Part shown: one piece after another, positions 48,865 through 58,821 of the stretch
Position numbering within the stretch: position 1 is the first letter of the stretch
How the letters are laid out: each line of letters starts with the position of its first letter
Source: a virus
DNA: 64,000 nucleotides
Reading direction: 5' to 3' (one strand)
IMG/VR virus record: IMGVR_UViG_3300007513_000009
Translations under genes and position numbers: made by a program
Notes under the pieces: generated by a model
Database searches by the model: none
Told to the model about the DNA's origin: nothing
Seen by the model: only the letters and a program-made list of their open reading frames with translations

Positions 48865-49866
48865 ATGGCTGGATGGAAAAAAGTAGTAACTAGCGGAAGT
48901 TCCGCACACTTAAAAGCAGTAGAAACTGATGGAAATGTTTCTGGCTCCTTAGCTTCTACTGGATCCTTTGGGCATATAACAATTGGTGGAAGTAATTTTT
49001 CTACTGCTGTTTCTTCATCTGCAGCTACTTTTGGTGATTTTCTAGCAACTGGCGGTGGTGGTGGAAGTCAAAATGTATTTTCTACAATAGCTGTTAGTGG
49101 TCAAAATGATGTTGTAGCTGATAGTACAACTGATAGTTTGACTTTAGCTGGTGGTAATGGAATTACTATTACTACTAATAGTGGAACTGATACAATTACT
49201 TTTAATAGTTATACTGGTGCTCAAATAAGTGGTTCATTGGGGGCAAATCAAGAATTCATAAGAGGACTTACAGCTGATAAAATTAGTGGTTCTTTTGGTA
49301 CAGTTAGTTCGAGTTTAGCAAGTAGAGTTGCATCCAATAAAGGTGGACTCGATACACTTAATGGTAAAACATTAGTAAGTGCTTCCGCACAAATAAAAGA
49401 TGAAATAAGTGGTTCATTTGGCAATCAAAGAGTAGGAACCAGTGATAGTGTAACTTTTACAACTATGACTACTACTGGAAATGCAGTAGTTGGTGGAGAT
49501 TTAACTGTAGCAGGAACTATTGTAAGTTCATCTTCATCTACTGTTGAGAGTCAATATGTTTTCTTAGCTTCAGGTTCAGAAGATGCAAATCTAGATTCTG
49601 GTATTTTAGTACAAAGTGGTAGTGATGCATTTTCTGGTAGTTTATTATTTTATAATACTGTTGGTGGTAAAGATCAAAGATGGTCGGTTCAATCAAGTGT
49701 AGCTACAACAACAACAGCTGTAGAACCAGAACAATTTGTAGCTACAGTAAATCCTCCTGAATTACATAATTCAGCTAGTAATTATACTCCACAAGAAGCT
49801 GATAAAAGATATGGAAAGGGAGAAATTTTTATAAATGATGATGGGGATATATTTATTTATTCATAA
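48865..49866 (+). CDS. Tail-fibre-related structural protein
   Basis: MAGWKKVVTSGS start; FSTIAVSGQNDVVADSTTDSLTLAGGNGITITT fibre motif; GDLTVAGT. Confidence 0.65.
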   Translation: MAGWKKVVTSGSSAHLKAVETDGNVSGSLASTGSFGHITIGGSNFSTAVSSSAATFGDFLATGGGGGSQNVFSTIAVSGQNDVVADSTTDSLTLAGGNGITITTNSGTDTITFNSYTGAQISGSLGANQEFIRGLTADKISGSFGTVSSSLASRVASNKGGLDTLNGKTLVSASAQIKDEISGSFGNQRVGTSDSVTFTTMTTTGNAVVGGDLTVAGTIVSSSSSTVESQYVFLASGSEDANLDSGILVQSGSDAFSGSLLFYNTVGGKDQRWSVQSSVATTTTAVEPEQFVATVNPPELHNSASNYTPQEADKRYGKGEIFINDDGDIFIYS

Positions 49867-49887
49867 TAAAATCATAAGGGTTATTAA

Positions 49888-50130
49888 ATGGGCGCAACAA
49901 CATTAACAAATATAGAAAAAACTGATATTAAAGATAAAGTAGAAAATACACAATCAACTTCAACGACTGATATTAAGAATGGTTTGGATTTGAGTATAGA
50001 TGAGACAAAATTTATATTGGCTAAGTTGGCACAGATGGAGTATAAGGGTGTGGAAATAGAATTCATTTATTTGTTATTAGGAAAAATTCAAATTTACTTA
50101 CAAGAGTCATTGGATAAACAATCTAAATAA
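49888..50130 (+). CDS. Small hypothetical protein (possible fibre assembly chaperone)
   Basis: 80-aa helical protein between fibre genes; AAGGG RBS. Confidence 0.55.
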   Translation: MGATTLTNIEKTDIKDKVENTQSTSTTDIKNGLDLSIDETKFILAKLAQMEYKGVEIEFIYLLLGKIQIYLQESLDKQSK

Positions 50131-50131
50131 T

Positions 50132-50139
50132 ATATTTAT
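50132..50139 (+). promoter_or_regulatory. ATATTTAT motif, putative late promoter
   Basis: Intergenic, before the ATG at 50169. Confidence 0.55.
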
Positions 50140-50168
50140 ATATAGTTAATTAACTATTAGGGATATAA

Positions 50169-51050
50169 ATGGGCTGGAACCAAGTAATAACATCTGGATC
50201 GGATGCTGATCTTTCATCTATACAAACAGATAAAATATCTGGCAATAATATTACATTAACAAGTCAAAGGTTCTTATCCACCGGTAGTTTTTCTGTAGGT
50301 AGTAATCAATTTGATTTATCAAATCCACTTTATACTAATCCTGGAGGGATTGGTGATAGAGAAGATTATATAAGTATATCTGGGGAAATAACTGATTCAA
50401 GAATAATTGATGGTAATAATTGGATAGGAGCAGTTTATTTTTTACCACCAAATGCTAATGAACTTGATGTAATTTTTGATTTTGGCACAAATAGATATAT
50501 AAGTGAAGTTAAAACATATCCAGAAGAAATAGATATAATATTTGCTAGTTATAGTATTGATGGTATAAATTTTACAACTACATATGATATAAATGATAAT
50601 ACTTTAAATTGGAAAGCTACAAATACAACATATGAAACATACAATTTATTTACATTTAATAATACGATAAAAAATGTTGGTAGGTTTTGGAAATTTGAGT
50701 TTAAAAAGGAAACTTCGGGGTTTTTAAATGAAGTTGAGTTTAAAATAAAAACACCAACTTATGTTGTAAGAGAAGATTTTTTATTTGAGTCAGGTTCATT
50801 GTTTGTAAACAATGGAGATATATTACCATCCGCAGATAAAGGGAGTAATTTGGGATCATCTGAAAAAAGATTTGCTAATATATATGCTGGTGACTTGGAG
50901 TTAAGTAATGAAGATCATCCAAGTGGTGGTAATGAGGTAGATGGTACAACTGGCAATTGGACTATACAAGAAGGTGAAGATGATTTATTTTTACTCAATA
51001 GAAGAAATGGAAAGAGATATAAATTTTTGTTACAAAACATAGAGGAATAA
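50169..51050 (+). CDS. Short fibre protein with a discoidin-like insert and the shared C-terminal module
   Basis: N-terminus MGWNQVITSGS like the 48865 gene; IFDFG..I.EV..YSIDG..GRFWKF (F5/8-like); C-terminal LGS..KRFANIY.GDL.LSN..NEVDGTTGNWTIQEG. Confidence 0.7.
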   Translation: MGWNQVITSGSDADLSSIQTDKISGNNITLTSQRFLSTGSFSVGSNQFDLSNPLYTNPGGIGDREDYISISGEITDSRIIDGNNWIGAVYFLPPNANELDVIFDFGTNRYISEVKTYPEEIDIIFASYSIDGINFTTTYDINDNTLNWKATNTTYETYNLFTFNNTIKNVGRFWKFEFKKETSGFLNEVEFKIKTPTYVVREDFLFESGSLFVNNGDILPSADKGSNLGSSEKRFANIYAGDLELSNEDHPSGGNEVDGTTGNWTIQEGEDDLFLLNRRNGKRYKFLLQNIEE

Positions 51051-51071
51051 TGTGATTTAGTTTTTTATTTG

Positions 51072-51079
51072 ATATTTAT
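51072..51079 (+). promoter_or_regulatory. ATATTTAT motif, putative late promoter
   Basis: Intergenic, before the GGAG RBS and GTG at 51130. Confidence 0.55.
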
Positions 51080-51129
51080 AGTAGAGAATTTAACCCTATG
51101 TAGAATAAAAGGTATAATGGAGAACGATA

Positions 51130-54048
51130 GTGGCATTTATCACATCAAATACAGGATTTAAAGCAAACCATATATCGGCTAGTAGCATGACAGTTAATAG
51201 CGTAAGTGGTTCATTGGTTTCATCGGCGTCTTTTGGGTCGGTAGAGGTAGCTGGATTTAGTGGAGGAACAAATTTATTAAATTTTTCAGCTTCAATAAAT
51301 ACAGATAGTGCTTCCGTTTCAACTAGACTTTCTTCTGTAGAAGCAGGAACAACTACAAAAACATTACTTAGTGGATCGGCACAGATTTTTGCTGAGATAA
51401 GTGGTGCATTCGGAGAAGCGAGTGGTGGATTGGCTGGAAGAATTACTACGAATGTAGCAAATATTGCATCAAACCAAGCTAGTATTGGTAGTAACCAAAC
51501 TAATATCAGTACTTTGCAAGGTAGATCTATTGATACTGGAACAGGTCTTTCAGGAGGTGGTGATTTATCGGCTGATAGAACATTGGCTGTTGATTTTAGT
51601 GATGCAGTTTTACAAACAAATATAAGTGGTGCATTCGCAACTGATTCTGCTAGTTTTAATACTAGGCTGTCAACTATAGAAGGTTCTGACATTACTAATG
51701 CACAGGCATTGGGTACTGTAGATTCTCCAACCTTTTCTGGATTAACAGTAAAAGGTGATGTCACTGCTGAAAATTTAATCGTTTCTTCTTCTATAGTACA
51801 TTTTACACAAAGTTTCTCAAGTGGTTCAACAGTTTTTGGTGATACTACAGATGACACTCATGTTTTTGCTGGTACACTTTCAGTATCAGGATCAGATGGT
51901 TCTTCGAATTTAGATATAAAATATTCATCGGGCAATTATTCTCCAATAAACCTCAATGGTAACAATACCATGGTTCCAAATTTAAATGCTGACTTGTTGG
52001 ATGGTACAGAATTAGATGCTATACCTGCTTATGTAGCTACTAATCTTGCAGCTAATGCTATTAGTGGTGATAAGATAACTGGTGGAACTATTGATTCAAC
52101 TACAATTACTAAATTGGCAATAGGTGATTTGAGTATTGGTAGTGTTAATGATAATGAATTGCATGTAAGGAATATACAAAATATATCCACAATATCTGGT
52201 TCTTCGGGTGCTAGTGCTTCGCTCGCATATATTGAATCAACCAGAGATGGTGCTATAGCGGGTAATATAATACATACTATTAATGTCACTTACTCAGCTG
52301 GTAAGTTTAATTTTAATGGAGTTGCTGCTCCTAACTTTACTGTATTGCCTGGCTACACATATCGATTTAATCAAGATGATTCTTCAAATGCTTCTCAACA
52401 AATAGGGTTTAAATCTGATGGTAATGCTTACACTACTGGTGTTAGAGTAGTTGGAACTGCTGGAAATGCTGGAGTAAATGCTGATTATACTGAATTAACA
52501 GTAACACAAGCTACTTCAGGTATTCTTACTTATTATTCACAAGGAACCGGTGCTGATGATGCTGGTGCAAAATTAGTTAAAGAAGGTTCTGCTGGTCATG
52601 CTACTTTGGTAAGTGGTTCAGTTGCTTCAACTGGTTCGTTTGGTAGAATTGAAACTGCTGATGGGGTGATTATAGATAATGGTCATGTAAGTGGTTCATT
52701 AACTTCGACTGGTTCGTTTGGTTCAATTAATGTTGCTGGTTTTGCTGCAACTCAACCAAATGTTGTAGATTTCTCTGCTAGTATGGCTTCTGCAGTAACT
52801 GGTATTGGTAGTACTAATATTACAAGTATGAGTTCTGCTGAAGGAACTATAGAGTGGACAATTAATGGTGCTGAAAGGAAAGCCGATATTAATTGGTCTG
52901 ATGCTGATGTTAAAGCTGGTGTGAGTGGAAGTTGGCGTGGTGAATTTTCCTCATCAACTCAAGCATATGTGGGTGGAGGAATTAGTGGTTCGTCTGCTTC
53001 AACATATACTGTTGGTAGTGGTGGAGTTGAAATTGCAAATCATGTAGCTGCTCAAAAAACTCATGTTGGAGTTTCTTCTGGTGGGAGTAATTACGCTATA
53101 AGTGGTAGTGCGGTTTCTACTGGTTCATTTGGTAAATTAGAAACTGTTGAAGGTGCTAGTCTTGGTAATGGTGTAAGTGGTTCATTAACTTCGACTGGTT
53201 CGTTTGGACATATCTTTTCTGCTGGGAATATGGTGGGAGCTACTGGTACTACTGCTTCATTTGATAATGTTAAGGTTGCTGGATTTTCTGATACGGAAAC
53301 AAATAGACTTGGAACGAATACTGGCACTGGACTTACTGCATTTTCCGCTTCTATTGCACAGAGAGTAGCTGATGAGATGGATGATATTGAAGGACAATTT
53401 ACTGTAGTAGGTGATGATATAGAATCGATTAAGAATACTAGAATAAGTGGTTCATTAGTTGTTAGTTCATCTGCTGGAGATACTGCACTTACAATTGAAG
53501 GGGCTGGTGAAAATGTATTGAATGTAGATGGTACTGCTGGTAGATTATTTACAATAAGTGATACTATGAGTGGTTCATTATTTAGTGTAGCTGACTTTTC
53601 TGGTCTTGCGTCTCTTGAGGTATTTGATAACGATAGAGTGACATTAGGTATAAATACTGCTCCAATTATTGTTGAGACTAATGCAGCACAAACATCTGCT
53701 AAAATTAGTGGTTCAATTGAATCATCTGCTTCATTTGGTCATGTTACTGCTGCAGGGAAGGCTATACTTAAGGATGTTGATTTATTAGGTAATATGATAC
53801 CGACATCAGATGTCGCTACGGATTTGGGTTCGGCGACTAAGAGATTTGCTAATTTATACGTTGGTGACTTGTTACTAAGTAACAGAGACCGTGTCAATCC
53901 TGATACGGATAGAGTTGGTAACTCTGTGGATGGTACTTGGGGTGATTTTCAATTGCAAGAGGGTCATGAAGATCTCTTTATCGAAAATAAAAGAACGGGT
54001 AAGACATATAAGTTTGTATTACAAGAAGTAGACACACAGGAGTTATAA
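51130..54048 (+). CDS. Tail fibre protein with SGSxxSTGSFG repeats and the shared C-terminal module
   Basis: TGTGLSGGGDLSADRTL, NLNADLLDG and SGSTVFGD..DDTH.F.G fibre motifs; C-terminal DLGS..KRFANLY.GDL.LSN..NSVDGTWGDFQLQEG. Confidence 0.8.
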   Translation: MAFITSNTGFKANHISASSMTVNSVSGSLVSSASFGSVEVAGFSGGTNLLNFSASINTDSASVSTRLSSVEAGTTTKTLLSGSAQIFAEISGAFGEASGGLAGRITTNVANIASNQASIGSNQTNISTLQGRSIDTGTGLSGGGDLSADRTLAVDFSDAVLQTNISGAFATDSASFNTRLSTIEGSDITNAQALGTVDSPTFSGLTVKGDVTAENLIVSSSIVHFTQSFSSGSTVFGDTTDDTHVFAGTLSVSGSDGSSNLDIKYSSGNYSPINLNGNNTMVPNLNADLLDGTELDAIPAYVATNLAANAISGDKITGGTIDSTTITKLAIGDLSIGSVNDNELHVRNIQNISTISGSSGASASLAYIESTRDGAIAGNIIHTINVTYSAGKFNFNGVAAPNFTVLPGYTYRFNQDDSSNASQQIGFKSDGNAYTTGVRVVGTAGNAGVNADYTELTVTQATSGILTYYSQGTGADDAGAKLVKEGSAGHATLVSGSVASTGSFGRIETADGVIIDNGHVSGSLTSTGSFGSINVAGFAATQPNVVDFSASMASAVTGIGSTNITSMSSAEGTIEWTINGAERKADINWSDADVKAGVSGSWRGEFSSSTQAYVGGGISGSSASTYTVGSGGVEIANHVAAQKTHVGVSSGGSNYAISGSAVSTGSFGKLETVEGASLGNGVSGSLTSTGSFGHIFSAGNMVGATGTTASFDNVKVAGFSDTETNRLGTNTGTGLTAFSASIAQRVADEMDDIEGQFTVVGDDIESIKNTRISGSLVVSSSAGDTALTIEGAGENVLNVDGTAGRLFTISDTMSGSLFSVADFSGLASLEVFDNDRVTLGINTAPIIVETNAAQTSAKISGSIESSASFGHVTAAGKAILKDVDLLGNMIPTSDVATDLGSATKRFANLYVGDLLLSNRDRVNPDTDRVGNSVDGTWGDFQLQEGHEDLFIENKRTGKTYKFVLQEVDTQEL
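52686..53207 (+). repeat. Perfect 36-bp direct repeat (52686-52721 and 53172-53207)
   Basis: tgtaagtggttcattaacttcgactggttcgtttgg occurs twice. Confidence 0.85.
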
Positions 54049-54052
54049 ACTT

Positions 54053-57000
54053 ATGGCTGTTAAATTTCAGCAACTATCTGCTTGGTCAGTGGGTCCTGGA
54101 GTTTCCCAGGCCAGAGAAACTACCGAAAGAAATCCGAGTTTAGGAAACTCATTACGGACTTGGGCTATATGTAAATGGGGTTATGGGATGGCCGGAAATA
54201 AAGACTCTGCAGTTCTGTGGGGTGGCTCATCTTATAATAGAGATGCTACAGAAGAATATAATGGGGTTAATTGGTCTACATCGAATTCTTTTCCAATAGA
54301 AACGCCTGGTAGTTTGGGTGTTGGGTCTCAAAATGCTGCTTTAAGTACTGCACATAATGGTATTGACGGTGGTTCCAATCATTATGGTCTAATAATAAAC
54401 AATCAGAATGATACAGATACCACTATACAAGCTTGTAATTTTCATGCTAATCCAGCTTCTTCATCTTACCAATATGCATGGGAAGTAAGTTATGAGTATA
54501 ACGGTAGTACTTGGAGTAATGTTGCTACAGATATCGCAGCTTCGGATGGTACTAGATGTGCAAATATTGAAGGTGGTATAGTAGGTAGTCAAACAGATGC
54601 ATTTGTTTTTGGTGGATCCAGGCGTGCGCATTCTTCCAATGCTAGTACTGATGAAACTACTACTGATAGAAATTATAATGGAACTACTTGGTCAGTTACT
54701 GGTACTACTATGGCTAATATAAGATTAAGTCCACAGTATTTTGGAACAGCTAATAGTGCTGTATCTAGTGGTGGGCATGCTGGAACATATTACAAACATT
54801 GTATTAGTTGTTCTGACGTAGAAATATATAATGGTACTGCTTGGTCTTCTGGTCCAAATCTGATAGGTGCTCGGTCACAAGGAGGAGGAGCTGGTACTTC
54901 AAATGATGGAATAATATTTGGCGGGGCTTATATTACAGAGTGTAAACAAAGTTGGTATTGTGTACCTAATTTACATTATGATGGAACTTCTTGGTCAACA
55001 TCCACTGGTCAAATGGCTCACCATAGGTGGGGTCTTCAAGGAAGAGGTGCTTCCGTAGGATCGGCATTAGCTGGTATTGGAGCTTCAAGAAGCCACGATA
55101 CAGGTGGTACTATGGGTGTTAATTGTAAGACAACCCCAGATTGGTTTTCAATCCAAAATTCTCAATGTTGTTATACTATTGGCAGTTTCTCATCCGGTTA
55201 TGCGTATGGCACGATAGGTAATAATCAAATAGAAGAATATTCTGTAACTACTGGTGGTGTACAATTTGGTCCAAGAATTTCTGGACATAAATTGAGTTCG
55301 GTATGGGATGTTGGAAATTATAAAAGTTTATATACAAGGGAGAAAAAAGTACATCATGGTCATAGTTGTGGTCGTTTGGGTACAAATGCTTCATTAGCTA
55401 ATCCAAGCGATACTGTAGCTTGGTATAGTATTGGTGTGGATTGCAACTATGGGAAACCTACGGAGGGATTTGTTGGTGGTGGATTAATAGATACTGGATA
55501 TCGTCATGGTGAAGTGCAATTAAAGGGATGGAGTGTTGGTCCAGATATTGATCATGGAGTTGGTCAGAGGTCTCTGTTAAGAAATTATTTTACGGCTGGT
55601 GGTAATCAAAATTCAATGGTTGTGGCTGGTGGATATAGTTGCGTTGGGTCCTATGATCATGTACAATTCAATAGTTCTATATTTGAAGGAATTGATTGGG
55701 CTGCTGGTCCTAATATGATTCGTGCTGTAAGTCATGCGGCTGGAACTGGTAAAAATAGTTGTAATATGATTGTTATTGGTAATAAATTTGGTGCATCAAC
55801 CAAAAGTGCTGTAATTAATAATGATAATTTTGAAGGCATATGTTCGGAGTATAATAGTAAAGCATTATATGTAACTGTGAATTCCTATGGTAGTCATTTT
55901 GAACATGATTCATTAAATGATTATACTGGACACACTGGTGGTGGTATCGGAAGTGGTGCTATAGATCCTGTATATGCAGTGCAAGAATTAAATGGAATTA
56001 CTTGGTCAGATGGTGGTGCATTACCAATGAATGTGGATGCCAACAAAGGTTGGGCAAGAATAAAAACTTCAGGTCAGGATTATAAAGAGACTGCTGGTTA
56101 TGCAGGGTATAATTATTCAGAATCGGCTACCTACGGAAAAGCACATTCATTTATTGGACCAAAACAAGCAACTGGTCATACAGATAATGCTTTATTTGTT
56201 CATGAACAAAGAGGAAATTCTTCTGGGTACGGTTATGCACAAGATGGGGCTGCAAAATATGATGGGACAAGTTGGTCTATGGTAAGCTCTCCAATATATG
56301 TTAGTTTATTTGCTGGGCCTGCAATGGCTGGTAATCCAGATTCAACAATAAGAGTTCAAGGTTTTCCATTAAGCTATGGGGGGCTTAATCCTAATCCAGA
56401 TCAAAGGACTGAAGAATTTGATGGTAATGTTTGGTCACAATTACCTGATCAATTGAAACAACGAAATTATGCTGGATTTTCTTCAAAAGATGCTTGTTCT
56501 GGAATATTATGGGGTGGTGTTGGTCATATAGGGCATGCAGTTGCAAGATCTGATGAATGGGATGGTACAACTTGGAAAGCTTCTTGTGCTATGATTCAAC
56601 ATCAACCAACTTATACACATGGTAGTCCAGATGTTGCTGCTGGTATAACAAGGGCTATGTTAGGAAGTTCAACTGGTACACAATATGAATTAGATGCTGC
56701 TGGTGGTGATTCAGGTCATCATTGTTCTTTAACTTTACATGGGGCTGGATCTAGTAATTCTTCTACTGCTGCTATGGGATTCAATATACCATTTTTCAGA
56801 ATAACGGCGGGGGCAAATCCTGCTGGTTCAAATAGTTGGTCTATTCCTACTACTGGAAATATACAGACAACAATGTGGAACGATGTTTCACTTAAAGATG
56901 CAAAAAACAATTTACATCTTGGTTCGTCTACTTATTGTGTTATTAGTGGTAATACTTCATTATATCGACATGGTACTGCTTGGAAACCTGATAATGCAAT

Positions 57001-58807
57001 TTTAGCTTGTACTGATATTGATACTACTATGGCCGACTCAGGATGTCCAATGCCTATTATTGGATATGGTACAACTTATGTTGCTGGTATGAATGATGCA
57101 AGAATTAATACTTCATGGGCTGATAAAAATCAATATATTGAATTAAATGGAACGGGTAGTTTAGAATCAGATTATTATAAACCAATACCTAAAGAATTTG
57201 ATGATATAACCTATACTGGTCAATCTACTTCTAATGCTGGTTTTCCAAGAGTTTGGACTACAAATGCTGGTTTAACATCTACAAGATATGATTTTGATGG
57301 GACTGGAACTGTTGATGCTGGTATTGTTGCTGGTGGGCAGAGTGGAATTAATGCGGCTGCATATTCTTGTACTAATGTGGAAAAATGGGATGGTATTCAA
57401 TGGTGTAGTAGTCAAGCATTAGATTATGCTTCTAGAAAACATGCTGTGGTTGGAACTAAATGTCATACTGTAGTAGTTGGTGGATATTGTCCAGGTAACT
57501 CTCCAGCACTTTCTACTAATCTTCAAGAAAAAATTCAAGTACAACAAAATGGATCATGGGATGATTCATCAGCAGTATTATCTCAAACAAGATATGATTT
57601 TTCTGCAGTTGGGAAAGCTAGAGGATTTATAGTATGGGGTGGTAGTACAGTAGGATGTACTAATACTAATGATTTTCACAGTATTACTACCAGTACAGAA
57701 GTAATGACTGATGTAACTATGGCTGCTGGTCCTAATCTTCCATATGCAATTGCTTGTCAGGGTGCTACTGGAAATAGTTCAAATGCTGTTATGTCTCTTG
57801 GTGGTTCTTGTACAGATGCTGGAGAAGCAACCAATAAAACATTATGTTATAATGGTACTGCTTGGTCTTCTGGTCCAAATCAATTAATTGCAAGTTTTGG
57901 TCAAGGTGGATCGGGCACACAAAATTCTTCTGTTGTTTGGGGTGCTGGGGATTATTCAATGAGTCCTTCAGTCGCAAAAAATCTTACTCATGAATATGAT
58001 GGAACTACTTTTACTACAGGACCAGAAATGACAGATTCAAATATATTTAGTACTATGGGTGTACAGAGATGTGCTAACTATGGTAGAGATGGTTTTGGTA
58101 CTACACAAAATGGTGCTTTTAGTGTTTCTGAAAGAAAAAGTGCTGAGTATAGTGATTATATACATAATGAATCTAATAGATTTGCTGCAACTAAAGAAAG
58201 TGGTGGAATGAGTATATCAATGTGGGTTAAAATGCCAATAGCTGATTCTGAATATGCTAATGTTAGTGGGGCGTGGAATAAGAAAATATATTTAATGGCT
58301 AATGCTGATGTTGAAGTGGAATCACCAATGATAGAAGATACTCAAGATATACCTAGATCTGGTGTGAGATTATTAAGATATGATAATAGAATTAGATTAG
58401 AATGGCAAAATAGAAGTACTAGTAATTTAGGTTCTGGTAATTATGTATGGGGGACTGATGATAATCAAGATATAATTAGTTATTTTCAAACAGGTACTCA
58501 GACTTGGTCTACTACGGCCTGGTATAATATTGTAGCTGTTGCTTCATTTGAAAGGTCTACAGAATCTAATTTGATTTTTATCAATGGTGTGGGGATGCCT
58601 TTAGCAGTTTCAAATCAAACAACATCACAATTTGAAGATGTAATCTATCCAGAAAATAGAAGTGCTAAATTTAGAATTGGTAAATTTGGTGGTCATGCAT
58701 ATAAAATTGATGTTGCTAATGTTATGTACTATACTAGAAGATTAGATGGTGCGGAAATAATTAATAATTATAAAACATTGTTACCAAGGTTTAATGGTGC
58801 AGGATAA
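54053..58807 (+). CDS. Kelch-like repeat (beta-propeller) receptor-binding protein with a C-terminal LamG-like domain
   Basis: Many GG...(E/Y)(Y/W/F)(N/D)G..WS repeats; C-terminal SISMWVK, WYNIV, IFING, YYTRRL..EI..NY..RF. Confidence 0.75.
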   Translation: MAVKFQQLSAWSVGPGVSQARETTERNPSLGNSLRTWAICKWGYGMAGNKDSAVLWGGSSYNRDATEEYNGVNWSTSNSFPIETPGSLGVGSQNAALSTAHNGIDGGSNHYGLIINNQNDTDTTIQACNFHANPASSSYQYAWEVSYEYNGSTWSNVATDIAASDGTRCANIEGGIVGSQTDAFVFGGSRRAHSSNASTDETTTDRNYNGTTWSVTGTTMANIRLSPQYFGTANSAVSSGGHAGTYYKHCISCSDVEIYNGTAWSSGPNLIGARSQGGGAGTSNDGIIFGGAYITECKQSWYCVPNLHYDGTSWSTSTGQMAHHRWGLQGRGASVGSALAGIGASRSHDTGGTMGVNCKTTPDWFSIQNSQCCYTIGSFSSGYAYGTIGNNQIEEYSVTTGGVQFGPRISGHKLSSVWDVGNYKSLYTREKKVHHGHSCGRLGTNASLANPSDTVAWYSIGVDCNYGKPTEGFVGGGLIDTGYRHGEVQLKGWSVGPDIDHGVGQRSLLRNYFTAGGNQNSMVVAGGYSCVGSYDHVQFNSSIFEGIDWAAGPNMIRAVSHAAGTGKNSCNMIVIGNKFGASTKSAVINNDNFEGICSEYNSKALYVTVNSYGSHFEHDSLNDYTGHTGGGIGSGAIDPVYAVQELNGITWSDGGALPMNVDANKGWARIKTSGQDYKETAGYAGYNYSESATYGKAHSFIGPKQATGHTDNALFVHEQRGNSSGYGYAQDGAAKYDGTSWSMVSSPIYVSLFAGPAMAGNPDSTIRVQGFPLSYGGLNPNPDQRTEEFDGNVWSQLPDQLKQRNYAGFSSKDACSGILWGGVGHIGHAVARSDEWDGTTWKASCAMIQHQPTYTHGSPDVAAGITRAMLGSSTGTQYELDAAGGDSGHHCSLTLHGAGSSNSSTAAMGFNIPFFRITAGANPAGSNSWSIPTTGNIQTTMWNDVSLKDAKNNLHLGSSTYCVISGNTSLYRHGTAWKPDNAILACTDIDTTMADSGCPMPIIGYGTTYVAGMNDARINTSWADKNQYIELNGTGSLESDYYKPIPKEFDDITYTGQSTSNAGFPRVWTTNAGLTSTRYDFDGTGTVDAGIVAGGQSGINAAAYSCTNVEKWDGIQWCSSQALDYASRKHAVVGTKCHTVVVGGYCPGNSPALSTNLQEKIQVQQNGSWDDSSAVLSQTRYDFSAVGKARGFIVWGGSTVGCTNTNDFHSITTSTEVMTDVTMAAGPNLPYAIACQGATGNSSNAVMSLGGSCTDAGEATNKTLCYNGTAWSSGPNQLIASFGQGGSGTQNSSVVWGAGDYSMSPSVAKNLTHEYDGTTFTTGPEMTDSNIFSTMGVQRCANYGRDGFGTTQNGAFSVSERKSAEYSDYIHNESNRFAATKESGGMSISMWVKMPIADSEYANVSGAWNKKIYLMANADVEVESPMIEDTQDIPRSGVRLLRYDNRIRLEWQNRSTSNLGSGNYVWGTDDNQDIISYFQTGTQTWSTTAWYNIVAVASFERSTESNLIFINGVGMPLAVSNQTTSQFEDVIYPENRSAKFRIGKFGGHAYKIDVANVMYYTRRLDGAEIINNYKTLLPRFNGAG
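54827..57881 (+). repeat. Perfect 34-bp direct repeat (54827-54860 and 57848-57881)
   Basis: tataatggtactgcttggtcttctggtccaaatc occurs twice. Confidence 0.85.
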
Positions 58808-58821
58808 TAGAGGAATATTTA

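Noticed and set aside
51096-51857. 253-aa minus-strand ORF, and similar ones at 41551-41877, 42658-43077 and 6957-7259
   Set aside because: Antisense shadows of Ser/Gly/Thr-rich + strand genes; no RBS, promoter or recognisable motif.
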